From Phoronis australis (Eukaryota > Animalia > Phoronida), in the NCBI GenBank assembly GCA_002633005.1, contig NMRA01001037.1, positions 1,653-65,652 of the forward strand: DNA of 64,000 nt, written 5' to 3'. The notes under the pieces are model-generated. The model did not search any database and was not told the origin of the DNA. It saw only the letters and a program-made list of their open reading frames with translations. Below are positions 13,833 to 26,061 of the stretch, piece after piece. A program made the translations under genes and the position numbers. The number at the start of each line of letters is the position of its first letter. The stretch's first letter is position 1.

Positions 13833-15041
13833 GATACAGTTACTTGAGGCAGCTCTTCGCTACCCGTCCGTGCACTGGTCCTAGGCTCATTCTTACTATC
13901 CGTGTTAGTTCACGGTTACTAAACTCTTGGTGGCTCCATCCCCGGGATTGCCCCCCCCCCCCNNNNNNNNNNNNNNCCCCCCCCCCCCCAAATGCCTTGT
14001 GGCTTTCGTACGGGCTTGTGTGTGCCATCTACACTGTATGTATAATCATGACATCGTCAAAGCACACAACGTCATCTTGTAGTGTGAGTAAAAACATGAC
14101 AAGTAGCCTTTCAGCTATTTTACCAAAATGAAAATTTGAAAGTCCGTGTCGCCTTCGTTATAGGTCTACATAACTGCATAATATGAAGAAACCTCGTGGC
14201 TCACGTCGGGCACGTGAAGGTCTACAGTCCGTGGTAAGAGTTTATTTTACCCCGTAATCGCGCTTTGCTGCAATGTTGGCTAAAACCGCTTCTTAACGCC
14301 ACTGACTATCTCTAGTCACAGAAAAAGCAGTTACCCTGACACAAAGCTCTTATTAATCGCGCTTGCACACAAAAAAACTCAACCACACCATCTAAATCTA
14401 CTTAGAATCGTGTGAGTTTGAAAACGCATGTGTCGAAGATTCCTTCATGATTACACGCATGGCATGAAAATAACATGTACTTGAAAGAAGTCGCATTCCT
14501 CAAAATGGCGGAGCATCAACAAAAATGATACCTCCTGCACAGAAGATTTTTCAATAGATGGCAGCACAAGCAGAAACTGGTTTAGCAGTCGCTGCACTAA
14601 TTTTCTTCACCGGTTTATCCATGTCAACTGGCTAAGAAGATCGAAATCCTATCCTGATTGGTTTGTAAGCCAGAAATCGTCATTTAGAAAGAAGCGGGTG
14701 TCTTAGCGGGTACACCCATTTGACCCCGGTGTTGGAGTGAATCAATTTCTGCCATTCTAATTACGATTGTCTAGACTCCAAGCACTTCATCTTTTCAGCA
14801 GTGCATTATTTTTTGCATAAGATAAAGAGAAATTGAACAGAAATGCATACCCAGAAACCATCAGCCATTGTACATGAAATGGAGAAGTAACACAGCTTAT
14901 GCACATGTACTTGATTCTCGTTGCCGGTTCAGCCGGGTCCACTGACAAGGATTTCTGATTGGTCTGCAAACCGGAGTCGTCATCGAGAACCACTAAATGT
15001 TCAAGAGACCTGCCTTGTTAATTAGAACGTTAAAAACTTAC

Positions 15042-15252
15042 TCGACGAGGTTCCTCCCATAGCCAGTCCTTGCACGGCGTAAACGGCACTCAGCATATCG
15101 ACGCCACGCGCCCATGGCGTGATTATGATACAGCTGCCGAAAAACAACGTCGTCACAGCTAGCGCCACGTCGTCATGGTGCGGAAATCGGTCCAAGATGA
15201 AACCAGTCAGGAAAGAGGCGGCAGCTCGACATGGATGCAACAAAGACACGGC
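15042..15252 (-). CDS. MFS transporter copy B, exon 3
   Basis: 211-nt AG/GT exon AVSLLHPCRA...GFILDRFP (MFS motif A-like)...VQGLAMGGTSS; its phase matches exon 4. Confidence 0.9.
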
Positions 15253-16419
15253 CTGAAAAAGCCAAAGTCTTTTTAACACGACATAATTTTCCTAAACTTC
15301 ATCAAAAACTTGTCTAGAATTCGACCTCAAGATTAGCGTTACATTTTAAAAGATTAGACCATTTTGGTCAGATTTTTACTACATAAATCTATGATCATTA
15401 TTGCTGAGCCTTGTGACTACACGGTGGGCTCCGGACGTGTTTTTTGCCTGGCCCTATGTTGTAACTTAGTGTGGGGCAGTGTAAGAACGTCTGTAAAATA
15501 GTTATTAAAAGTTATTAAATGTACACACATTCAGTTACGCAAAACAAAGTCTAAAAATAATTGTTCTATACGACAACATGCACAAAAAATTCAAGATTTA
15601 TCAATTTTACTCTTGCCCTACAACGTGTCTCTCTATGTGTCACAACATTTTTATGCTCGTTTATGTGAGTTATTTGCGGATGCATATCTGAAAATATTTT
15701 TAGTGAACAAAGCTTAAATTCCCCCGAAAGTTTACCGTCAACGAATTTAAGTGGAAAATTTTTCTTAAGAATCGCTTATGATTTCCCAACCATTAATGTG
15801 ACATTCTCTGTGTGATGTTATGTAGATAGTGATAGGTGGCGCTGTTAGCAAGATGTCAGCTGCCTTTTTAGTTGGATTTGTGAGCTCGATGAGTTACAAA
15901 TTAAAACATACGTTAAGTCCATATAGTTACCCTCATCATATTACACCTTAAAGTAACATAATAGTGAGTTTTAACTTTGAGCATACCCCTTTAATACCAA
16001 TGTGAAGGACAATCCTTTGATGGGTAGGGGGACCGAACAATGAAAAGAAAGGACGGGACTTCAAAGGAGAAGGATGCCACCAAAAATGAGAAGGGAGTAA
16101 TGGAATGGGAAAAACAGGATTGTTTGATTGTTATTGGCAGGCCAGTTGCGTATTTAAGTGGACAGGGGTTTACGTGCCTTACATCGGGTGATGAATTCTG
16201 ATTCTGTGGGTATATTTGTGACCCAAAGCTCCTGCAGTAGAGACATGACTCTTCACGTGCACTAAACCGAATAATCTTAATGTTATCAGACTATAGAAGT
16301 ATAACACGTACAACGACCTGGAACACTTAAACATGTGTTACCAAATGCTGTGCAATGTGGCCTGAGAGGCATTAACATGTAGAAAATGTCCTGCCTACAT
16401 GTTTGCGGGAAATCCCTAC

Positions 16420-16500
16420 CTGCGACATGCCTTCGTAGTTCGTATTCACTCTCTCAATCATATCAAGCATCGAAGTACCCAAAACCTTTGAAGACATACC
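16420..16500 (-). CDS. MFS transporter copy B, exon 2
   Basis: 81-nt AG/GT exon GMSSKVLGTSMLDMIERVNTNYEGMSQ. Confidence 0.88.
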
Positions 16501-17324
16501 CTGAAGAAATACATTTGATCATGGCATATTCTAAATCAAAACACTACAATACAGGAATATTAAGATAAGTTGCGAGTATATTTCAAAAATGTTTTGCAAA
16601 TTTGAGGCAAACTAGTCAAAACGTGTTAAATGCGATATTTTTAGCACAACAAATTATTGTATCTATGTAAAACATTTTTATCGTAATCTATTTTGCCCGG
16701 GGTACGCCACGAGCTATGTTGCAGAGTAAAACAAGAGGAGGATTGCGAATATTGTCATTTATTATGACGTAAATAGATAAAACTAACTAAGACTCTGCAA
16801 GATGGGCATGGACAAAACGCGCACCGGCGTGTACAATGAATAGCCCTGAAAGAGGGAACAAAACAAAGAACTGCCTGAAGGGCTTAAAGGAAAAGTACAG
16901 AACATGAACACAAAACTTGAAAAAACCTAACAGGAAATGTATATGAGCAAAGAGAAAGTGGAACCGACACCCGGGATGGGGGGTAGGGAAAAATGAAGAG
17001 AACTAACGTAGGTCTTATAACGACGAGGTAGGTGGCTGAATGACAGACCACGTTGAACTGAACAAAGGAAATATGGGCGACCAATCAGGAGTCGCGTAGA
17101 GAAACGTATGAATACAAAAGTAGGCCTTTGAGGCTATAAATAGAGATGAGTAATGCAAAATAAACCCTAAGGACTAGTATCAAAATAAAGAGACAAGTGT
17201 CAAAATAATGACGATAAATGCATTTAACAAGTTATATTTAATTTCGTGCTGCCCTGACACACAGTGTAATGAACAAACAATTAAAAGTGATTTTGGTGCA
17301 TTAGGGCATTCTCCCGTTCACCCC

Positions 17325-18619
17325 AATAGCGGAGTTGCAACGCCGCCATATTGGAAATGGGTCAGAATGTTGCATTGTGGTTAAGCCGGTAAACAAGTAC
17401 GTCGGCAAGCGTGGGGGCGAACCGGCCACAGGGAGGTTATACGTGTTGTGTGCCTGGCATGCTATAATACCAGTTAGCGAAATAAAAAATTTAGTTACTA
17501 CCTGTTTCCCAAGGATCAAGAACTGCGTTAAACATGGGTCAGAGACATCGGTAGAGCTGGTAGCAAAGGCCGACTTCGTGAATTCTTTCCGACTTCGTAG
17601 CATAAAGTGTGCAGCGCTCATTTTGAGGGCGGCAAGAAAACGTATCTTAGAAACTGCCCAACAATATCTCCCTTCAAAGAAACAGTAACAAATACTCCAC
17701 GGCGGTTGGTAGTGAAAAAANNNNNNNNNNNNNNNNNNNNNNNNNNNNNNNNNNNNNNNNNNNNNNNNNNNNNNNNNNNNNNNNNNNNNNNNNNNNNNNN
17801 NNNNNNNNNNNNNNNNNNNNNNNNNNNNNNNNNNNNNNNNNNNNNNNNNNNNNNNNNNNNNNNNNNNNNNNNNNNNNNNNNNNNNNNNNNNNNNNNNNNN
17901 NNNNNNNNNNNNNNNNNNNNNNNNNNNNNNNNNNNNNNNNNNNNNNNNNNNNNNNNNNNNNNNNNNNNNNNNNNNNNNNNNNNNNNNNNNNNNNNNNNNN
18001 NNNNNNNNNNNNNNNNNNNNNNNNNNNNNNNNNNNNNNNNNNNNNNNNNNNNNNNNNNNNNNNNNNNNNNNNNNNNNNNNNNNNNNNNNNNNNNNNNNNN
18101 NNNNNNNNNNNNNNNNNNNNNNNNNNNNNNNNNNNNCCCGCTCTTTGACAAGTACGCTGTGTCTGTTTTCAAAGTCCAGACCCGCGTAGTGGGGCACATC
18201 CCTCGCAAGAGCAGCAAAACTTCTGCGTTCTTTTTGAATCGCGGCGTAAGTTTGAAGTGTATACGGACATAACGGTGAGGCTCGTGGTCCGTTACAAATT
18301 CAGGCTGTCGGATCTTTCAATTGATAAATTGGAGACGTTAGAACTGTAGGTAAGGGCATTTTTCGCATGTAGTTCATGGGCTGGGCGCTTACTTTAGCAA
18401 AGTCTGAAAACGCGTTGGGGCACTTGTTGAGCCATGGGCGCTAATTAGGGCGAATAGCGGCAGAATTACATACAGCAGCGTAGTTTAATGCACACAAATT
18501 ACACGTCGTGCAAACCAGTCGGTCATCCCGTTTACCATCAACAATCCCAGTAGCCTTTGCGCACCCTAATTTCCGGACATGCGCAATCGTTAAATCGATT
18601 CGGTTGCAACTCCGCTATT
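17325..18619 (+). mobile_element. TIR DNA transposon remnant with a degenerate THAP domain (ISL2EU/Harbinger-like); spans an N gap
   Basis: Perfect 17-bp inverted repeat AATAGCGGAGTTGCAAC (17325-17341) / GTTGCAACTCCGCTATT (18603-18619). THAP motifs GYTCCVPG...YYLFPKDQELR*TW...HKVCSAHF...CPTI at about 17432-17675, with stops and a frameshift. Confidence 0.8.
17721..18136. other. Assembly gap (N run); smaller gaps at 13963-13976, 29387, 46897, 48348, 49540
   Basis: Runs of n in the sequence. Confidence 0.99.
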
Positions 18620-20681
18620 TGTTCAATCGGATGGCAAACGTACAAGTTGGCCGGTTGACCGTTGTAGCAATAGTTTCACACCATTAACTTCATTGGGGGT
18701 ATTTATGGTTGCAGGGCCAGCTCTCTTTTGTTCGATAATTGCTCTAATCTCCGATGATACTCTCTAGTCTGACTGCCGGGCTGTGCATGCTGGCCATATG
18801 CTTCAAAGAGTTACTGCAATGCGTTCGGACAGAATAAATTCTCTTAATAACGTAGGTTGTAGTTGGATAATTTTGGTGATTCGAAAATTAAATGTGATCA
18901 CAATTTGAATTCAGGATTTTTATTGGTTGCTGTTCAGTATCTTTTATTTTTAACAGCATGCTGTCATGCCAGACAAAAGACTGCGCTCATTAGTGAACAA
19001 AATACCTAAACGTTATTAGACGTTCAGAACCGGCATTGTCTGGTAAAATCATTGAACGCGAGAAAGCTCTAATGGAGAATCAGGTGAAAGACGGCAGAGT
19101 TAGGAGATATTCGTTTTCAAATGCCGAGTCTGCCAGGTTCCCAAGTGACCAGGCGTTCAATTGACGTTTGTTTAGCAAGGAAACGCCGATGTTAAGTCTT
19201 TCTACTGCATATATCACTAAAATAGTCCTTATTGCCGAAACTATGTGCAAGTATTTACTAAATTGTGTAGAATTTCCTTTATAAAACTGCAATGGCTCTA
19301 AATAGGCTTAATTTGTCACCGGACATTGCAGTTAGTTAACCCGCTGGCTGCATGGTGCGCAATATGAGGTCGTGGGTTCGAAGCCTGACAAAAGTTTGTT
19401 TCGTTTGAATTGAATATATATTTTTTCATATCGAGGTTGCTTTGAATGATTTCTTTAACAACAGTGATTAAGTTTGAAGATGAAGTTCATTCAATTTCAT
19501 ATGCAAACATTAATATCATATACAGTGTAAGTGGCTCTCAGTCTTTTTAGCCACGGTTGAATTTGCCTGCCCCAGTTTCATTAAAAATGGTTCCTGCTGG
19601 GATGGCTGGGCATTTTACGTTTTTACTGCACGTGAAGGCTACGATTGGCATTTGTTTCATTTTTAATCTGTTCAGAGTGAATTCAAAGGTTGCCAGCTGT
19701 TGACCCCTGACCCATTTTTGTTCTGTCATGGCTTTTCTTAACCTTTACTGCTTGCAAGTGGTGGCGTGCACGTCGTCTTCGGTGAAAGCGGAGTTATTTT
19801 CACTGGCAGTGAAATTGTTGTCATTGACAGTTTTTTCGTCGTCGTTGAAGCGTCGGTGTCAGTGTCATTCCTTGGTGTGGTTGACAATGCTGTCTGGATT
19901 ATAATTTGTATCTTGTTACAAATTGTGTCTTGTTTCCATAATTATAAGAAGCATAATGCGTGACGCATGCGCATTTATACCTTTGCGATGACCAATGCCT
20001 TTAATTTTTCCATGTGTCCCTACAAAATGATGTGCCCGTTTTCGAAGAAAAAATATTTGACACTTTTTTAAAAATCCAAGTGATAATTTTTGCAACAAAT
20101 CAGCCAAAAAAGTCGATTTTTGCTATTCATAGGATAAATTTTCTTTGATCTCATTTATCAATGTACGTCACTATATCCGAATGCTACACAGTCAAATTAA
20201 CGCAGTACGGATTACGCATATACAATTTTCGCATTATTAACAAGTGAAAATGCCTCTTTTATTGAATTTGTTCAAAGACTTAGAATAAACGTATCGTGAA
20301 CAATCATCGTGCGTGACTTTATTGTGATATGCAGTTTTGACGTCGCTGTTGGCTCAGTGCCCAGGCATCTAGTTGCTTAAGGCATCATTGGTGCTGTTTT
20401 CAGTGCCAGCGTCATCACCAATGTCTTGGTCTTGGTTGAAATTCCTGTTTTCATTGTCAATCTCAGTTTTAAGATCTTCATTCGATTTCTCCAAGCGTCG
20501 CTCTTAAGTGCGCTTTCTTTTTTAATTTCGGCATTTTAATTTTATCTGATGAGTCCAACACGTCAAAATGACGTCTACTAAATAAGCGAAGTGTCGACCG
20601 GACGACAATAGTCGTCGGTGTTCACAGAACATGTCGTAACAACCATGTTTGACTGAACTCTCGCGAAAATTGACAACTTAC

Positions 20682-20831
20682 AACGCAGGCGTAGACAACA
20701 AAGAGAACAGCGGTCTTGACGTAACGATATCTGCTGGAAAGGTTGTAGTCCGTGGTTTCTTTGACTTCGTCCTTTTGTGACGTCGAGTCTTTGATAATGT
20801 TTCCATTGACATCTTCACTCGAATTTTCCAT
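20682..20831 (-). CDS. MFS transporter copy B, exon 1 (joined product about 494 aa)
   Basis: MENSSEDV...YRYVKTAVLFVVYACV then GTAAG. The upstream ATG used by copies A and C is GTG here, so the start is placed at the second Met. Confidence 0.82.
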
Positions 20832-22006
20832 AGTTTCAGCCGATCTTAAACTGTCAGCCACAACGCTTCTAGGGTTCAAGAATTAGATCGAAGGTCCATC
20901 ATAAACACAGTAATTTATTGCAAATCAAGTGGTCAAGTGACAGCTCTATAGATCTCTCCTTGCACGTGTACAGAATTATACACGTGACAATTGCAAAACA
21001 CACTCGTTAGGTAACAAGAACTACCGATAAAGTTCGCGAGACAAGGCCCTTGTTTTATGAACTTTTCGATTCTTGAAACTTAATAGTCTATATCGTTGGT
21101 ATATAAGATAACTGAAGTTATAAAGTCGCCTATACCGGAATAAAATCAGTAAGAAAAATATGGGGAGCAAGCTAGAGTACTTTCTGCCTGAGTGTCTGTC
21201 ATTCATTGCTGCGTCTCCTAAACCTCTTACAAATGCTTATTAGGGTTTTCTTGATGTGTTCCTGTAAAGTTGACGTTAGATGGTGACAAAATTAGGATCG
21301 ATTCGACTACCGACGCGCCCTCAGTGACAACATATTTTTTATTTGCTTTTGTATCTTCGGAGTTACGTGATCGATTGTTATGAAATTTGGAAATAGGTTT
21401 TTATCAAAGAGTCGAGGACACCTTCACATTTTGGGCGGATTTGGAAGTATTTCGTGTCACATAAAGTCTACTTTAATAATTTTGGAGTCCGATCTTGGCT
21501 CCCAATTGTCTATCCGCCATACCGCTCGAAAGGTAAATAAATTATAGAATTTGGCAGATGTGTTACTACTGAGAATAAAACGACTGACGGCGATTTTCGA
21601 AATGTGTCCGACTATTTTGATGCTCCATGTTGATAAACATTCCCAAGCATCATTTACGATGCAGTCCAGTTGGCGCAATTTAACGTCTTGCGTTGTTCTC
21701 CCAGTGCTATGGCTTACCTGAAAACCTCGCGATTTGTACATTCTAGCGCAAATCGAGAGCTCTCGACATTTTTAAAAGAACCAGTTTTTGACCTTATCAA
21801 TTCACATTTGCTAAATGGCCACACATGAACAGAACGTTATTTCACCACTATGCAGGACTATTGAGGTACGAGAGATAACTTTAAATAACCATCCGAAATT
21901 TTATCGAATTGTTATGTTCACAAATCGCGTTTCAATTCTTTAGATTTAATAATTCAAGAATAATGTTTCGTAAAACCAAATTTCTTTGAATTCGTTAAGA
22001 TATTAG

Positions 22007-22163
22007 CAGTGACGGATTTAAGGAGGAGGGGGCAAGAGGCCATGCCCCCCTCCCCTAACATTTCCCCAGCTTCCATTTGGCAGTACGGGGATGCAAATGT
22101 CTGACGGGAAAAATCCTGGCTAATACTCTGCCCTACCTCCCCCCCCCACAACTCAAAATCCTG
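22007..22163 (+). mobile_element. MITE family 1, 3'-truncated copy
   Basis: CAGTGACGGATTTAAGG...GCTAATACTCTGCCCT...CAACTCAAAATCCTG matches 5629-5789 and 34530-34690; right TIR missing. Confidence 0.85.
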
Positions 22164-22856
22164 ACTGTATATGACCGTTTCCAGACATGAACACCCACTC
22201 GCCTAATCGGGTTCCAAGGCACTGGCTGGGATAACAAGCGTTTTGTGTGTTTATCACTGACCAGACCCAAACTCCCGGTATCGACCATGAAAAATCGGCC
22301 TACCGAACCTATAGGAGTCTACACTCCTTGACCGAACTCTGTAGGCTACCCGCGGACGTTCAAATACCTATAAATCCGTAACAGTGAAATAAAACAACAC
22401 GTTTGTTCAAGAACTCGATGTATTTGTAAGGGATTTACATCGAAATGTGATTATTTATTGGTGTAAAACGATGCATTCAAGCGATGAGTTGACACCAGTA
22501 AGCGTGTTGTGAACGGCTGAACAGACTGCTTTCGAACTGATTACGTCATTGGTTAATTTCAACACCGTCTGCAGCCAGGTATCAGGTAAAACAACTGAAC
22601 TTGGTGTTATCGAGTGGAACTACTCGATCTAAATTGGTACAAAATATCTAGTTTGTTTTTTGGGTGGCGTTCTCCTTTAAAGTGTGCGCTTACTCTGTAT
22701 TACATCGTTTCTCTTTGAATGATGGAACTCTCAGGCTTGTGCAAGAGCTAAGATATTTTGTACATCATAAAAAGTGTCTCGGATGTGACTGATGACCTAC
22801 GGCAACGAAGAAAACGACAGTTTTGCTCAAGCTCAAATTAAATTATGTCAACCTCC

Positions 22857-23074
22857 CATGCGCGCACCTAGCCTAAAATATAGGAGGGCTCGATTTTTCC
22901 AATACGTGGACCTTTTACTGAAAAGAAACTTGGACTATGTTCAGACCCATAAATTGTACATTCGCGCCGCATTCCTGTGGATTTTGTCTCATTTTCTCGG
23001 ACTTTTTGTTTCTCTGAGGCGGACCATTTTGCCCACTTCGCTCCAGGTGCCCCCCTCCCCCCTAGATGCGCATA
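22857..23074 (+). mobile_element. MITE family 2 (CATGCG[C/T]GCACC TIRs), degenerate right end
   Basis: The first ~60 bp match the reverse complement of 49620-49676. Confidence 0.7.
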
Positions 23075-24081
23075 CTAGTATGCTTCCGCGTACAAAATTC
23101 AGTGGTTTATCCCTTTCTCTGCCCCAATGTTTAATGCCGACCTGTCGTGAAATTTCTCAGAAGTGGTAAGCATAATATATACACAAAACGCCCGAGAGTG
23201 GAGTCGATGAAGTATAATGTCCCACGAGATATTATTCCGTGTACCGACCGAGACTAGAAAGTTTAATGATCGAATCGGCTAATTACGTCTAGTCGACATT
23301 GGCCTATTTTTTAACTTTCCATGTCAGAGGGTAGAGTTGAAGACGTGCGAGATGTAAATATGGAAAACAATATCACATGGCCGTATTACACTCGACTGAT
23401 TCAACACGTATTGGATAAATACCCGCATGTATTTTTAAGCTATAATTAAGTTTCTCTTCAGCTTGAAAGTACTAGCACTATGTGTAGCCTCTTTTTGATA
23501 TTCAGTGTAGTAAGCCAACTCTAAAAAAATATTGTTGTCGATCTTCATGCCGTCTACATGCCTCGAATCACATTGTCTAAGCTGTAAGTGAATGTGAGCT
23601 TAGGGTTTCTTCTACAGTCCGTGCATTTTGGAATATTAACCACGTTTTGGTCTAAATATGTAATCTGCAGTTATCGTTAGATTCACTTTCATTTCAAATT
23701 TTTAGAATTATTTACACTGAGTTACATTCATCCTTACTTCGTCTTTTCGCACTACTTTTAAATTTTAGCACTTTAACTGTATTGTATCACATCTTACAAG
23801 ACTCAAAATTCAAAGCAAGTGACGCTGTACACATTAGTAGTTCGTGCCAATGGATAAACAGCCAGATACGTGAACAGAATAATCCACATGAAGACATATA
23901 GCAACTTCCATGGCGGTCAAAAATATTAAATTTGGCTTCATGCTCACACCAATCCAGTCTACTTTCAAACGATTACAGCGACAATCTTGTGTCTGCGGCA
24001 AATTTTAGCAAAAGCTCAACTGCCCGCTGTGACAACGATGTGCGGAATGATCTGAAACTCTATGTCTGAAACCACAGGTGT

Positions 24082-24325
24082 CAGGGTCTCGTTTCATGAA
24101 ACTGACTGAAGTTCGGTTTTTACTTAAGTCGAAGATTTGTCTCAACCTCCAAACTTTGAAACTTCCACAACCGGTAAGACAGTCAAAGTTAAGACAAAAA
24201 TTAAGTCATAAACTTTAGATCTCATTCTTGGAACGGATGTAAGACAAATTTAAGTTTTATCGTAAAATTGACTGGAATTTAAGATTTGTCTTAGCTAAGC
24301 CAGTTTTCTTGGAACGGGCACCCAG
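24082..24325. mobile_element. Probable MITE with imperfect TIRs; similar termini at 32814-32969
   Basis: CAGGGTCTCGTTTCATGAAACTG vs the reverse complement of the right end, CTGGGTGCCCGTTCCAAGAAAACTG; internal inverted GATTTGTCT/AGACAAA motifs; no clear TSD. Confidence 0.55.
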
Positions 24326-25027
24326 GTCTGTATTTGTATGCTATTAAATATGTACAGTTGTGCGGCTTTGGTGAGCGCGTTCACGTTCGTGTGGTGTGAT
24401 TGCGAACGTGCAATTAAGTAAGCCTAGGTACACTTTGTGTCACCAGTGAAAGGCAAAAAAGCAGAAGAAAAGTCCATTTGCGATGTGAGTGACGGAAAAA
24501 CACGTATTAGTAAGAGTGCAACTAAATGTCTTCGAATTTATTGACAAACATGTCTCATTTAAAATCTAAAGCAGAGGGGGTTACGTCAAGCGGAAATCGC
24601 AGGCAAACTTCCAAATAGAATCAGTCAGGTAAGCGGCAGTGAACCAGATTTGATAATTTCTCGAGTGTAACTAGGAATACTGACTTGATGTAGTGATCCA
24701 ACCAAAACGCGAATCAAAATTTCAAAAGATGGCGTCACTGCATGTAAAACCTCGTATTATAATAAACGAATGTCTGTCTAAATAACATTTCACCATACAT
24801 CGCTGGCAAACAGTGCACAGCTTGAACAGTTCGGTTTTTAATATATTAATTCCGACTGTAGTCTTTTCACTTTTTTCCATTTTATGTTTCATCTACTTCA
24901 GACCACACAATGCTCAATATGAGTATCTTATTCGTTTGGCCTGTAATACAAGAACAATCTCCGGTGCTTCGCCATCAATTGAAAAGTGAACGGCAGCAAT
25001 TATATGGAACGTCATGAAAGAAGCCAT

Positions 25028-26061
25028 CTAGGACTTGTCAGAAATCACAAGTTCATTCACAAAATCATCTGTTTGTCCTCGTCTTTTGGCACGTTCTCTC
25101 CTGTCTCCTCTCCAGCAAGCAGCTGAGTACATAAGCAGTGTGAAGAATGATCCCGAAGCAAGGCAAACAAAAGCAAAATATAGAATATACTGCGGACCGT
25201 GATACTGAAGCAGAATACCAGAAATCAGTTGACCCGAGAACCCTCCCAGTGCTGAGCTGATGTCGACGACTGCACAGAGAATTCCGGATATAATCATGTA
25301 GTTGTTCAGGAAAGCCAGACCGGCTGGTATGGTTGGTCCGTAGAAGAAGGCTGAAGAAATAGCGAACACCCAAAGATGTATTGTGCTGTTTGTTCCCAAG
25401 TAGCATAAGCATCCCCAGCAAACCGTCGTGCTGAGCAAAAAAGGTAAAAATGCGTACTGTATGGAAACAAAGAAACTCAAAATGGACACAAGTGCTCGAC
25501 TGAAACACTGTGCCAGTGCTTGCATAGAATCCAACATGGCTCCATCCTGCTTAGAAAACTGTAACTCGCTCTCCACGGCGTATGTCATCAAATACGCGTT
25601 GAGAACTTCGTCTGCACTTCTCGCACAATAAGAGAAAACTATCATACAGAAACACATGAAAAATCCGAACAAACAATTCCCTTCAGCACACGATCCTGGA
25701 TTGAGGAGAGCTATCAGAGAGATGCTTTCCTTCGTTCTTGTTTTTTTCGTTGTTTTGTCAGTTTTCTTCAAATGCAACAAGACAAATGCAATGCTGGTAG
25801 ACAAGAAAATCCCACCTATTATACCATACGGTATTTCTATTCGCGACGGCTTCCAGTTGGCATCTTCAGCAGTAGCATTTTGCCCAGGGAACTCTGTGAC
25901 GTCATATCCGGTTGCATTCCTCTCTCCTTGCTTGACAGATCCTAAGAAAGGTAACGCCAGCAAAGACGCAGCGAACATGCCGATGGTAGCGATACAGTAT
26001 GCACCGTTGAGCACGACTGATGCCTTTGTTGTCCACAAACGCAGAAACGCGTAAGTGCTAG
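25028..26061 (-). CDS. MFS transporter (MFSD4/NaGLT1-like) copy C, exon 4 (terminal)
   Basis: TTTAAG acceptor, phase 1; open for about 343 aa to TAG; colinear paralog of 9720-10762. Confidence 0.92.

Noticed and set aside
17301-18272. Long ORFs of 199-298 aa
   Set aside because: Artefacts of translating through the N gap.
19320-19395. B-box-like GGTTCGAAGCC, possible tRNA
   Set aside because: No acceptor or anticodon stems; at most a decayed SINE head.
19547-20510. Thr/Asp/Asn-rich coding-like patches in copy B intron 1
   Set aside because: Stops in all frames, no convincing splice-compatible exon and no recognisable domain.
20546-20620. CTGATGAGTCC...GGACGACA, resembling a hammerhead ribozyme
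   Set aside because: GAAA reads GACA, stems I and III are absent, and the paralogous intron near 4935-5000 lacks CTGATGA.
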